Positions 47,130 through 59,400 of a stretch of DNA of 64,000 nucleotides are shown here, in pieces. Made by a program: the position numbers and the translations under genes. This DNA is from Macrostomum lignano (lineage: Eukaryota), in contig NIVC01001376.1 in assembly GCA_002269645.1 (NCBI GenBank), forward strand, positions 1 through 64,000, written 5' to 3'. Each line of letters starts with the position of its first letter. Position 1 is the stretch's first letter. The notes beneath the pieces were generated by a model, which searched no databases, was not told the DNA's origin, and saw only the letters and a list, made by a program, of their open reading frames with translations.

Positions 47130-48390
47130 AACAACAGTAACAAAAATACGCAGTCGCCCCAGTAGTCAGTGGAGGGAGTGTCAGGTGACATGTCAGCAGG
47201 CGAAGAATCAATTGTCCGGCCCATTGATCGACAGTGTCGGGCGCCCCAACGTTGCTCAGGATGCAGTTCACGTATCTCCGTGTCGTCGGTCCTCGGCTTG
47301 GGCAATAGCCCAGATCACGTACCGCCTGTCATTTGGAGTTGCCGTCTCGCTGCAGGATGGTACATCCTTGGACAGGACGCTTTTGTCAGCCTGAACGCAT
47401 AGAGCAGCCCCGCGGGCCGAGTGCTCCAATTGTCTAGCTGTTGCTCCAGCGTGGCCGTTAACATCGGGACGCTAGAATTCGCGCGTCTGGATTTCGCGTG
47501 ACTGGATTTCGCGTGATCTGGCATTCGAGCGACTTCATTTGGGCGACTGGAAATCGCACGACCTGGAATTGAAGCGCGCGACTTCTTTCTAGCGACTGGA
47601 TTTCACACGACTGGATTTAAATCAAGTCGATCGAAATCCGGTTGCGCGAAATTCAGTCACGCAAAATCCAGTCGCACGAAATTCTTCGTCGCGCGAAATC
47701 TAGTCGCTTGAAGTAAGTCGCGAGAAATGATGCAGTCAAATTCAATTTCAGGTCGCCTAAAATCTTCCGATTCGCGCAAAATCCTGGTGCGCAGAAGACA
47801 ATTAGCGCAAAATCCAGTAGCGCGAATTCTAGCGTCCTTCGAACATCCACGTCTCTGCAGCGTTGTCGAGCAACACAGTCTCAACAGCCGAGCCCTCTGA
47901 CGATTGGGCAGCGCTTTGGACTGAAGGATGACGCGAATTGACCGGTAGGCCGTCCAGGCAAGTCCTCTCGATCTAGATCGTCGTCGCCGAATTTCGTCCT
48001 CAACGTTGGGCATCAGACCGGCGAGGCGAACCGCTGACAGCGCGCGAGGTTGATCGTCTGCCCGTCTGCGCCGCGGCATGTCAGCTCCGCTGGGATATCG
48101 GCTCGCTGAGATGGTCATGCCAGCGCCTCGGTCTTTCAGCGTGTAGACAAATAGGCCGACACCTTGATGCCACCTCGACCAACCTTAATCTAGCGCTGTG
48201 CACCATCAACAGTTGAGGACAGGAGTGTAAGGTCGTCGGCGTAGCACAAAACCGCTCAGGCGGCAACCGATGTGTCTGCGCAGCAGGAAGCCGTCGCCTG
48301 CTGAAGGGGGTCCGTTCGGAAGCTGCACAATCCATGCCAGGAGCAGCACGAAGAGGAACGGCGCTAGAATGTGTCGCTCTGTGTAGCACT
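47130..48390 (-). mobile_element. Degenerate RTE-clade LINE 3' fragment
   Basis: LCYADDLTLL, EDEIRRRR...LAWTAYRSIRVILQSKAL, MLTATLEQQLD and RRQLQ. TGT-rich tail near 47130-47150. Split by a MITE. Confidence 0.75.
47467..47837. mobile_element. Palindromic MITE with 18-bp perfect TIRs and ~15-bp subterminal modules
   Basis: ggacgctagaattcgcgc / gcgcgaattctagcgtcc. cgactggatttcgcg modules point inward from each arm. Confidence 0.8.
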
Positions 48391-48577
48391 CTTAAACGAA
48401 GTTTCAGACAAGGTCAGACAAGCCGTCTGCCGTCACCACAGCGTATCACCATACAACGATATGATGGCGTCAACTAGCTGCTGGGAACTCGACAGGTTCG
48501 TAGGACAAAAGGAAGTGCTGCTCTTAGCACTGAATCAAATGCCATAATAATTAAAAACCCTAAAAATGCCGAGTAAA

Positions 48578-48613
48578 GGCCGAGACCTTTCACAGTCGTG
48601 AAAGGTCTCGGCC
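48578..48613. other. Perfect 16-bp hairpin with 4-nt loop
   Basis: ggccgagacctttcac-agtc-gtgaaaggtctcggcc. Confidence 0.85.
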
Positions 48614-51040
48614 CTTCGGAGTTGTAACTCCTCTAATTTCCTATTTTTCCGAGGTTCATGCTGGCGCGTACAGACTTCATTCATATGCAATTATTTCCAG
48701 CTTGTACATTGTTTCATTTTACGAAATTGTACCTTTAAATGCATAATCACATGCAAGTGCCCGTGTCACCACACGGGACAGGGGCCGACATCGGGACAAC
48801 TTTGCATATGCCCCCCCCCCCCTGGCCTGAGTAAAATCTATGAAAAATCGAACAAAATGAGTGTCTGTGTGGCATAATTGAGTGTTAAAACACCGATATA
48901 AAAATAATGTAGGGATTTCGTCACTCAGAATTCTTGACTTTGTCCCCCACCATAAAATCCATAGCGACGCACTCACGCCCCTGATCACATGCAAGCTAAG
49001 AATTACATCTAGTTGTGCAACATATTTACATGTTTAATATTTGATCAATTAGATTTGTAAGGTCTGCAGAGAAATTACAATTAATCATTCAAGGTGCACT
49101 ATTGGATTAATTTACGTAATGACTGTATTAAATTATTGATAGAATTTTTACGAAAATTACATGTATTCTTCTGCAGAAGTAACATCATAATCTTATAAAT
49201 TGCATGTATCTGATCTTATATTTTTATCTCAATATTTTTATTTCACATGTAATATTCAAAACCCATGTTTTATAAGGACCTTTAACTTTTACGCACTTTT
49301 AGGCGTCAATTAAAACCATTATTTGAATTGCTATTAGTTAATTTCTTAATTTCCCACAATATTTGTGAGTTTAAATTAATTGTAGTTAACTTAATTGTAG
49401 TTAACTACTGTATTTATCAAGTGTAAAAAGAACGAAACATTTTTTAATAAATGTCTACTAGTTTATTTGTTTATTCATTCTAAATATTAATTTTTTTATT
49501 TTTATCATATTTTAAGGAGTTCTTACTTCATATCGTTATCGTCACATTATCACATATAACGATAATGTAGATCGAGCTGCTTCGAGTGGAACCGTGCTTT
49601 TTTGAATATTCGCCTCTATTTTAGTACTTGTTTCTACAAAAAATATAGATAAAAAAAGTTTGAATAATATAGTATTTTATTCAATTTTTTGAACCTTAAT
49701 GTCAATTTCATTCTTAAAGCAATAAAAAATTGTTTCAATATGCATTTTAACATCCGTTACGGCGGGATTTTAAAGTACGATTTGGGAACTGGAACTAAAA
49801 AACCGGAGGCTTTTTATTACCTTCCAGAATCAGAATCGGTTCGGATCTTCCAAGAAAAATAGCAGTAGAACTATTTAATTCTGTTGAATGTTTGACTGCC
49901 TTAACAACTTCACTTAGCACCTTTTTTCACTTTCTTCTTGGCGATTGTCACTGCATTCAATAATAAAAACTTTATAGCACGTATCTCCCTCTAGTTATGG
50001 AGACAAAAAGTTATACTTCACAAATTGGTTCTGGTTCTGGAACCAGAACAAGCAATATGAAAAGGCCCCCCGGTCGTAGACTCGTAGTGGACCAACAGCC
50101 GCCGACCACAAAAATTTTCATTTTCTCCGCCGCCAACTCACTAGCACCATCACCACTACCACACTCTGAGCCTTTCCGTTTATAAACCATGGACAGGAGA
50201 AATTCTAAGTGTTTGAGTCACGAAAAATTGATACTGACATACTGTCGCCTAGGGATGTCGACCCTGGGGAGTGCTCCCCGGGGCCCGGGGGAGTTTGTCG
50301 GGGAATACTCCCCGGGGAATTTGAACGGGGACCCCGGGGAGAAAAAAAGCATTTTTAACTTAATTTTCGCCATTTAAATAAGAAAATCATTCACAGAAAG
50401 CTGATTGAAACTCTGTCTATGCTTTTTTACAGCAAAATGCTTATTTCAATGTACATGTATTATTTTAAACACAACACACGTTTGAATGTTTTTTAATTTC
50501 CACTATATGAGTCTTTCAATCTAGCAAATTGCGCGTACGAGCGTAGAAACCCGTCAGGAAAAAGAAGCCTTACTGACTATTGTGTTAATCTGCGTTGACG
50601 GCTTGACGCATTTGACGCAGGCATGCAGCGCTGTGTCCTGCGTCAGTCACTGACGCATAGGGGGGTGTCATTACAATAACAAAATACTCCCTATTATACA
50701 AGGACAAAATGGTGATGTATCTGCAACTGCAAGAAATTAAAATTCCGATTATAAAAGCAGTCTCATTCATTAATTATCCTCCCACGAGTGTAGCTGCTGA
50801 GCATGCATTTTCCGCCTCCGGAGTCTGGACTCTTTCTGCACCCGACGACAACCGGCTAGCCGGACCAAAAGCTTACAAAATCATCGGGCTAACCGGCAGG
50901 AAAGCGCGCTCTCGAGCTCTCGCTTCTCCCGGCTAGACGGGCCCAAAGCGCGCTCCCATACAATCAAATAGGAGTGTATCAATTGAAAGCTTTCACGGGT
51001 GTTTAATAACAATTTGCACAATTTGCACAACAATTTCCTA

Positions 51041-51325
51041 GCGATCTGCTGCGCCGTCGGCGACTCCAGCTGGCAGGCCACGTCATCCGCGCCGAGGCCT
51101 ACTGTCCGGAGCCGGTGCAGGAGGTGCTGCTACTTACGTTGCAGGCACCCTACCGGCGGGGACAGGCGAGGACTCGGCGCTACGTCGACTGTCTGCTGGC
51201 TGACGCCGGCGCCCCGGACTCTGCCGGCGGTGCGGCTTTTGTTCGCGCCCAAGCTTTGAAGCGCGCCATCTAACGCTGCTTTTGTGATCTGGCAGCGTAC
51301 TCTGTTGTTGTGTTGTTGTTGTTGC
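51041..51325 (+). mobile_element. 5'-truncated RTE-clade LINE end inserted in the left foldback arm
   Basis: DLLRRRRLQLAGHVIRAE...RGQARTRRYVDCLLADAG...KRAI* followed by a (TGT)n tail. The matching site in the right arm (~53240) is empty. Confidence 0.82.
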
Positions 51326-51727
51326 AGTAGAAAAATCGACGTTTGTTAATATTAATTCGCTTGCATGTAATTTGAAAACAAAATTTACAGGAATAAGGGT
51401 TCCTGTGTTCAACGTTCAACAAAGCTTCTAAGGCATATTTGTTGTGCTACTGTGAATTGCTGTGCTGGCCTATGCACTAGAGACTAGACTAAACAAGTGA
51501 AGGCTTCGTGTACAAGATAAATGAAAGGAGCTTTTCTTAAATTTCTTGTGCATTATTATGTGATTGCTTAAGTAATTTTGTTCTATAGTTTAGAGCCTGT
51601 CACGTGTCAGTTAATTAATAATACAGGCATTTGAAATATAAATGTAGGTCTAATATTATTAGAAGTAACTTATAAGCTGCTTTCATTCAATTATAAAAAG
51701 GCTTCAATTCAATTAAATTCTATTATC

Positions 51728-52850
51728 CCTGGCTTCTCTCCTCCCTGACCCTGGCTTCCCTCCCCTGACCCTGGCTTCCCTTCCCTGACCCTGGCTTCCC
51801 TCCCTTGACCCTGGCTTCTCTCCCCCCTGACCTTGGCTTCCCTCCCTTGACCCTAGCTTTTCTCCTCCCCTGACCCTGGCTTCTCTCCCCTGACCCTGGC
51901 TTCTCTCACCTGACCCTGGCTTCTCTCTGCCTGGCCCTGGCTTCTCTCCTTACTGACCCCTGGCTTCTCTCCTCCCTGACCCTGGCTTCCCTCCCCTGAC
52001 CCTGGCTTTCCTCCCCAGACCCTGGCTTCTCTCCCCCTGACCCTGGTCAGGGGGAGAGAAGCCAGAAGTCAGTAAGAAGAAAAGCCAGGCCAGGCGGAGA
52101 GAAGCCAGGGTCAGGGGGAGAGAAGATAGGGTAAAGGGAGGGAAGCCAGGGTCAGGGGAGGGAAGCCAGGGTCAGGGGAGGGAAGCCAGGGTCAGGGGAG
52201 GGAAGCCAGGGTCAGGGGAGGTAAGCCAGGGTCAGGGGAGGGAAGCCAGGGTCAGGGGAGGAAAGCCAGGGTCAGGGGAGGGAAGCCAGGGTCAGGGGAG
52301 AGAAGCCGGGGTCAGGGGATTTAAGCCAGGGTCAGGGGGAAAGAAGCCAGGGTCAGGGGAGGGAAGCCAGGGTCAGGGGGAGAGAAGCCAGGGTCAGAGG
52401 AGGGAAGCCAGGGTCAGGGGAGGGAAGCCAGGGTCAGGGGAGGAAAGCCAGGGTCAGGGGAGGGAAGCCAGGGTCAGGGGAGGGAAGCCAGGGTCAGGGG
52501 AGGGAAGCCAGGGTCAGGGGAGAGAAGCCAGGGTCAGGGAGGAGAGAAGCCAGGGGTCAGTAAGGAGAGAAGCCAGGGCCAGGCAGAGAGAAGCCAGGGT
52601 CAGGGGAGAGAAGCCAGGGTCAGGGGAGAGAAGCCAGGGTCAGGGGAGGAGAAAAGCTAGGGTCAAGGGAGGGAAGCCAAGGTCAGGGGGAGAGAAGCCA
52701 GGGTCAAGGGAGGGAAGCCAGGGTCAGGGAGGGAAGCCAGGGTCAGGGAGAGAGAGAAGCCAGGGTCAGGGAAGGGAAGCCAGGGTCAGGGGAGGGAAGC
52801 CAGGGTCAGGGAGGAGAGAAGCCAGGGGTCAGTAAGGAGAGAAGCCAGGG
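51728..52850. repeat. ~20-23-bp satellite (ctggcttccctcccctgacc) arranged head-to-head
   Basis: C-rich orientation 51728-52042 and G-rich orientation 52045-52850. Confidence 0.92.
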
Positions 52851-54042
52851 ATAATAGAATTTAATTGAATTGAAGCCTTTTTATAATTGAATAAAAGCAG
52901 CTTATAAGTTACTTCTAATAATATTAGACCTACATTTATATTTCAAATGCCTGTATTATTAATTAACTGACACGTGACAGGCTCTAAACTATAGAACAAA
53001 ATTACTTAAGCAATCACATAATAATGCACAAGAAATTTAAGAAAAGCTCCTTTCATTTATCTTGTACACGAAGCCTTCACTTGTTTAGTCTAGTCTCTAG
53101 TGCATAGGCCAGCACAGCAATTCACAGTAGCACAACAAATATGCCTTAGAAGCTTTTGTTGAACGTTGAACACAGGAACCCTTATTCCTGTAAATTTTGT
53201 TTTCAAATTACATGCAAGCGAATTAATATTAACAAACTTCGATTTTTCTACTGCAAATTGTTATTAAACACCCGTGAAAGCTTTCAATTGATACACTCCC
53301 ATTTGATTGTATGGGAGCGCGCTTTGGGCCCGTCTAGCCGGGAGAAGCGAGAGCTCGAGAGCGCGCTTTCCTGCCGGTTAGCCCGATGATTTTGTAAGCT
53401 TTTGGTCCGGCTAGCCGGTTGTCGTCGGGTGCTTTCTGACAAAGGTAGTGTGCGCGCACGATTTGGTGATGTCACGTTGGACGAGATCAAATTAAATACA
53501 GTTTTAAACAAACATTGCTTAAAGTTTTTATCCTTGCGCCTTGAACATGTAGTCCGAAGCTTTTATCAAAGTTTAAAAAATGCCACTTTATTACTTTAGA
53601 TCTAAGTTATCCGCCGTTTTTTACTTATTTTTTCTTTTCCCCGGGGAATCGACATCCCTACTAGTGTCGCCTTTATATAGCACATTAGCCCTTTGCTTTG
53701 GCTAGGGATGTATGGTCATCGAATTTATTGGTAATGGTAAGTTATCAAGTTAGTCAGTCTGCAAAGTTTAGCCTACTAGGCAGTTCTATCTCATGTCATA
53801 AATTTGCCATTTGCCTGACTTCGAGTTAGACAAATTGATAGTTTTGTAATGTTAATTAAGTAAATAAAAGCTAGTCTAGTTCTAATCTATAAAATTAAAG
53901 TAATATATAATTAGAGTAAAATTTTCATTTTTAGTATATTTGATTTTCTTTCATAAAATATTAGTTTAGCTAGTTTAGGGCCTAGGCTTTTAGGCTTACT
54001 TTAGGGTAGGGATAGAACTAGAACATAATTATTATTAGGCCT

Positions 54043-54820
54043 ATTCATTATTAAGACTTACTTATTAATTAATTAATGCCAATGACAATGAGAAGCATAT
54101 GCCTAAGGCTAAGATAGCCCTAGCCTAGCCACACTTTAAATCGTATAGAGTATTTGCCCAAAAAATAAGCAAGCATTGGTCTTGAATATGACATAGGGCT
54201 AACTTTTATCCCTTAGAATAATCTTATTGTTCATTATTAAGACTTGTAGGATTGCAAAAATAATTGAGGCGTGAAATGCAGTGGTTCATTTGCTTAAATT
54301 TTTCTTTGATTGATTCCGTGTGGAAAAGAATAGAGAGAATTGAGTAATTGCGTGTTAGGGTGCTGTAAATTTATATACGTGTTGATAGAACATTCCGGAA
54401 TCCGGAAAGTTCGAGAAGCGGTTTTTAGAAAGGGGTGTGCGGGAGTTCAAAATACCAAATATAGAAAGTGCGTGTTTACGCGGAAGTTTCTAGAATATAA
54501 GTATTGTACTTACTGTACGCTACCTTATACCATATACGCGCATTGTTTAGTTGGAGAACTTTCTAGAATAAGAAGATTTAAACATGTTATAGAATATTAT
54601 AGAAAATAGAAATATACTATAATACTTATAATATAGTGAATGCGCTACAGACTTACTTATTAATTAATTAATGCCAATGACAATGAGAAGCATATGCCTA
54701 AGGCTAAGATAGCCCTAGCCTAGCCACACTCCAAATCGTATATAGTATTTGCCCAAAAAATAAGCAAGCATGTGACATAGTGACATAGGGCTAACTTTTG
54801 TCCCTTAGAATAATCCTATT
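54043..54820. repeat. Tandem duplication of a ~186-bp AT-rich unit, second copy split by a solo LTR
   Basis: gacttacttattaattaattaatgccaatgacaatgagaagc...ccttagaataatc occurs at ~54055 and ~54650. Confidence 0.8.
54245..54649. mobile_element. Solo LTR (405 bp)
   Basis: TGTAG...CTACA termini and a 4-bp TSD gact (54241-44, 54650-53). Confidence 0.75.
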
Positions 54821-55334
54821 ATCAAAGGGCTAATAGTAACCTTCTGTCTTTATAAATAATCTCAATGCCACCAAAGTTGACGTAGGGGTTAGTTCCCTCT
54901 ATTAATATCTCACTAATTGCATGCCTGAGTTGCAATGAAGTGCAAAGGACACAATAATGATCAAGCTCTCATAAAACTATTCCATTTAAATTGTAATACA
55001 GTATATGAATTTTACCTGAAGTCGCAGATAGTTTTCAACACGGAAGGTTGTAGACCAATCAAGTAAAAACTTCGCGACTTGGTCGACCAGCAGGGACACC
55101 TTCCAGTGTGGCATCTGAAGGTCCTGTGCGATTTCCATGCCAACCCCCCTGGCTTAGCAAGCCGGCTAGCTTGGCGTGCACCCACCCCACCTCAGCTAGA
55201 CAGAGGCGGGGGGGTTTCCAGTGCGGCTGCACTGGTGCTGCCGGTCGCGTAGTCTGGCCGCCACACAGCTCCCCCCAGCACTGAGCTAGGCCCCGAACGT
55301 CGGGTGGTAGCCGAGGCAGCGAGAGCGCTGAGGA

Positions 55335-55480
55335 GCGGGCGCCGAAGGCGGCAGGGGCGCGAGGTGGAGGCGGGCGCCGAAGGCGGCAGGGGCGCGAGGC
55401 GGAGGCGGGCGCCGCAAGCGGCAGGGGCGCGAGGTGGAGGCGGGCGCCGCAGGCGGCAGGGGCGCGGAGGCGAGCGCCGA
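55335..55480. repeat. GC-rich 35-bp minisatellite (~4 units)
   Basis: cgccg core at 55340, 55375, 55410 and 55445. Confidence 0.85.
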
Positions 55481-56294
55481 TGAAGCAAGTCGCCCCTATT
55501 GGAATAAGTGGTATTTTCGCGGACGGCGTCCGGCGCACTTTTTCTTTTTCCTCATAGTCATGGCGCATGGCGCGCTACGCGCGCCATGCGCCATGACGCA
55601 CAGCAGCTCACAGGTAAGATGCAAGGAGGACATCACGCGCTACATACAGCGCTGCTGAACAAGGATGAGAAGCATGCACAGGAGAAAGTCAGCAGCACGG
55701 TGCAGCGTTACCCTTGTGGCGATCCCATGTAACGATGTAAGTCGTTACTTGTTACAGTACACTATTCACTGTTCTATCTAATGTAACACTGCATTCTACC
55801 AAAAAATAAAAAATAAAATAAAATATTTTCCTTTTCCTTTTTACCTTTGTTTTTGCCATTTGCTTACTTTTTATGTTTGTTTTGTTTTAAAAATTAGAAA
55901 TTAATTTTAAAATTTTTTAAATTTCTATTTTCGGTTTAACGATCTCAATTTCTCATAATATAATATAGATAGCCCGTAACCGTCCCGTATATTGGCGCAC
56001 AAAAATTGTTGCTATGTTGTAAAAAAAGGTCTTTTATTGTCGCAAGGCAGGTAGTGGCGGGCGCACAACGGCGCACACGAGGGTTTTTGTGTCGGCGCAC
56101 GGCGCACAATTTTGGGAGAGGCCAAAATTTGTTCCGGCGCACACTCTGCCACCTTCCTGACTATGGCGTCCATACCACCTTAGGATTTGAAGATTGTCAT
56201 GACGCACCGTCCAGGCCACTTTATGATTGCCATGGCGCACTAGATGCACTGTCCACAGTGTCTGAAAACTTATTCCAATAGGGCAGGTCGCCGA

Positions 56295-56470
56295 GCGGGC
56301 GCCGAAGGCAGCAGCAGGGCGCCAGGCGGGCGCCGAAGGCAGCAGCAGGGCGCCAGGCGGGCGCCGAAGGCAGCAGCAGGGCATCAGGTGGGCGCCGAAG
56401 GCAGCAGCAGGGCGCCAGACGGGCGCAGAAGGCAGCAGCAGGGGGCCAGGCGGGCGCCGAAGGCAGCAGG
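56295..56470. repeat. GC-rich 31-bp minisatellite (~5 units) related to the 35-bp array
   Basis: cgccgaaggcagcagcagggcgccaggcggg at 56300, 56331, 56362 and onward. Shares the gcgggcgccgaaggc core. Confidence 0.85.
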
Positions 56471-59400
56471 GGCACGCGGCCGGACCACACCAGAGGCAAT
56501 CGACAGTCAGTTGCCGCCGTGAGCCGGATCGATGCTCCTGCACAGAGGCTGGGGACGCTAGGCTAGCAGCAGCGGTGCTAACCTAGAAGTAGCTGCAGCG
56601 TGTGGCGCTGGTTGGTCCAACGCGGGGGCCGAAAGGCGAGACCCCAGGAGCTACCGGGGGGCGGGCTGACTGGGCCGATTCGTGCTGCTTGGGCTGCGGT
56701 GCTGCTGGGCTGCGGTGCTGCGGTGCTGCTGTGCTGCGGTACTGCGGTGCTGCAGTGCTGCCGTTGCAGTCGGCCAAGGCGGTTGGCTGCCAGGACCGCA
56801 CAGGGCCGACCAGGTAGGCCCAGTGTTCCGCGCTGGGAGTCGGGCTTACCAATGAAGCGGAAGGCCTTATAGTTTCAATAGATGGAGTGGCAGCAAAGAT
56901 GTTGCTCTGCATTGCGCGTATATTTATACAAGTGAAAACAGCACGAGATTATTGAGGGGCCGAGGGAGGTGCGCACATGTGGCGTGGCGTGATTGGCTAC
57001 GCCAACCCCCCTGGCTTAGCGAGCCGGCTAGCTTGGCGCGCACCCACCCCACCTCAGGTAGACAGAGGCGGGGGGGGGTTTCGAGTAGTCTGGCCGCCAC
57101 ACTCTGCACTTTCATCGTCCAGACAGGCATCAAGTAGATGCCACAACTCCTTACAGAAGGCACTGTTAAGAGAAAGTAATGTTTTTGTGCTTTATTGCAG
57201 AAAAAATGAGATTTTTTCAGTTAATATTTATTTGCTACAAATATCGCAACTTACAACCAATAGCCAATTTGTCCAATATTGCAATCAGAGGCAGCAAGGA
57301 GGCTCATTAACATTTTGTAATGATAACCAGTGGCTGCCATTTCAGTTATAGAAACAGCGCAATGCAAAAGTGTTCGCACAATTTTGCCTTGCTGTTTCTA
57401 CTGTGCCTGATTCTTATTATATTCGCCAACTGCATTTTTATGTGTCTTTCTGGTTGAGCAATGGAGCAATAATTGATTGCGGGATTTTGCAAATTCGAAG
57501 CCCCCTGTTAGCATGGACTCCATTCGCGCACTCGGTATTTAACGGCCTCTTGAGATGGATGTATTTTTCTTCTCAGCAGTTGGATTCCTACAAAAAACAG
57601 TGTGCGCTGGAACTATTTTGATGGCTTTTAAGCACTGTGCGCCGTGCGCCGTGAAGAAAAGATTTTGTGTGCTGCAGCGCGCCATGATAAGGTAAGTCTA
57701 AGGTAAGGTAAGGTAAAGTAAATAATTAACTGGTAAATAAATTTGAATTTACAGTAAACAAATTTGAATTTACAATAGACAAATTTAAATTTCATTTATA
57801 TATTTTATATTGTGATTTACATAATTTTAGTACTCTTTGATAGCATCTAAAAAAACTCTTTGATAGTATAATAATGAATATAACTATAACGAAGTATAAC
57901 TATATATTTTTTCAGTGCCATGTGCCATGTGCGCTGCTAGAGTGTTTCCAATTTTTAGTGCGCTATGCGCCATGTGCGCTGCCAGAGCATTTCCAATTTT
58001 TCCTTGTACACCATGTACGCCAGAAAATTCACCAAAAACTGCCACCTTCCTAGCTATGGCATAAACCTAGTACTACTAACTCAAATAGTAAAAATATAAT
58101 AAAATATTCAAATAAATATTTAGGTTTAATTAGGTTGATTAGGTTTAAAGCACAAATACCAAAACATTTCTATATATTAAACCACTATAATAGTATATGA
58201 ATAAGCCTAACCTAAGTCTAAGAAATAGCCAAATCCTAATCTTCAAAATCTTAGACTAAGGCTTAGTGCCTAATTCTGATAGTAGGCCCAACACAAACCT
58301 AATGCTATTATCAATATTTGATATAGATAGACAGCCTAGGCCAAAACCCAGGCTATGAATATAAGAAAAGCTATGTGTTTTTTTAACTTTTTGGGGCTAA
58401 CACATATACAGTGTAAGTAAGCCTAATATAATTAATTTTATATAATATAAAATTTTATATAAGTAAATTCAAGCTGTAATATTAAAACCATAATCTCAGA
58501 CCTATTAGATTATATATATCCATGGCCATACATAGCCTTAGACCTACTTTATAATGCTGGAATTAAAAGTAGTATAGCCACTAGCCTGTTAGAATAGTCA
58601 GATAATGTAAACTCTAGGCCCTATCAATTTTCTTATGTTCAGTTTAGCCTGTCAGTCTCACTTATAGGCCATAGACACCTAGATAGAAAAAATAGATTTG
58701 CAAAATTACCAAACAGATAAAATTCAGCTGCTAAAATGTTATGACTGCATTGCATTGCACTCAATTGTTTAACATCGAGTAAACATCAAATTTAGTGTGC
58801 ACCATGTTATAAGAATAAATTCTACACTTAAATTTGATCTGAAAAATTATTTAGCGAAAAATAAAATGAAGCGTATTTGGCAATCAAATACAAATATGTA
58901 CGGACAAATTAAAAACATTATCTATAACAAACACTTTCTTTTAAAATATTCAGTATACTTTACTTAGATTTATTAATCAATAAAAGTGTATTTAACTGTT
59001 AATAAATTATATTTTTTAAGATCTTACCGTAAAACAATACAAACTCTTCTTTCTTTGATTTTTTGCTAAAGTGTTTTGTAACAACATAGTATTCTACTAG
59101 TAGTAGAAAAAAAAAGAAAATGAATACTATAATTTATGTTTACGTTCGAAACATACATGACATATTTCTGCAATAGTAATAATCACTTGACAAAATAATT
59201 AAGCATGAACAAAAGCCACTTTGCTGCAACATCATCTAGCTATATAGTAGCTAGGGTGCAATTAAAAAAATTGAAAATTAATAATTGAAAAAATTGCAAT
59301 TGCTCTTTCATTCAAATTGCAATTCAAAAAGTAATTGAAAAAATTGCAATTGCTCTTTCATTCAAATTGCAATTCAAAAAATTTATTCAATTAAATTGCA

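Larger units (their letters stand above)
50838..53432. mobile_element. 2.6-kb foldback (palindromic) element
   Basis: Arms are reverse complements meeting at a 2-nt spacer (52043-52044). Ends gcacccgacg...cgtcgggtgc with tttct on both flanks (50833-37, 53433-37). Confidence 0.88.
50250..53663 (+). mobile_element. hAT deletion derivative with a dimerisation-domain remnant, interrupted by a foldback element
   Basis: TIR tagggatgtcga at 50250 and tcgacatcccta at 53649-53660; flanking ctgtcgcc / gtgtcgcc (7 of 8 match). Joining across the insert gives PPTSVAAEHAFSASGVWTLSDKGSVRARFGDVTLDEI, a hAT C-terminal dimerisation signature. Confidence 0.8.

Noticed and set aside
50838-53432. Foldback as a sequencing chimera
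   Set aside because: Arm asymmetry (one-sided LINE insertion, substitutions, unequal satellite), the flanking 5-bp duplication and the rejoinable hAT motif favour a genuine structure, though read support is still needed.
55059-56912. Pro/Arg/Ala-rich ORFs (169, 169, 109 aa)
   Set aside because: They arise from 31- and 35-bp GC minisatellites cycling through frames.
59253-59400. hAT-like left end (tagggtgcaatt) with a ~49-bp tandem duplication
   Set aside because: No matching right TIR or TSD located.
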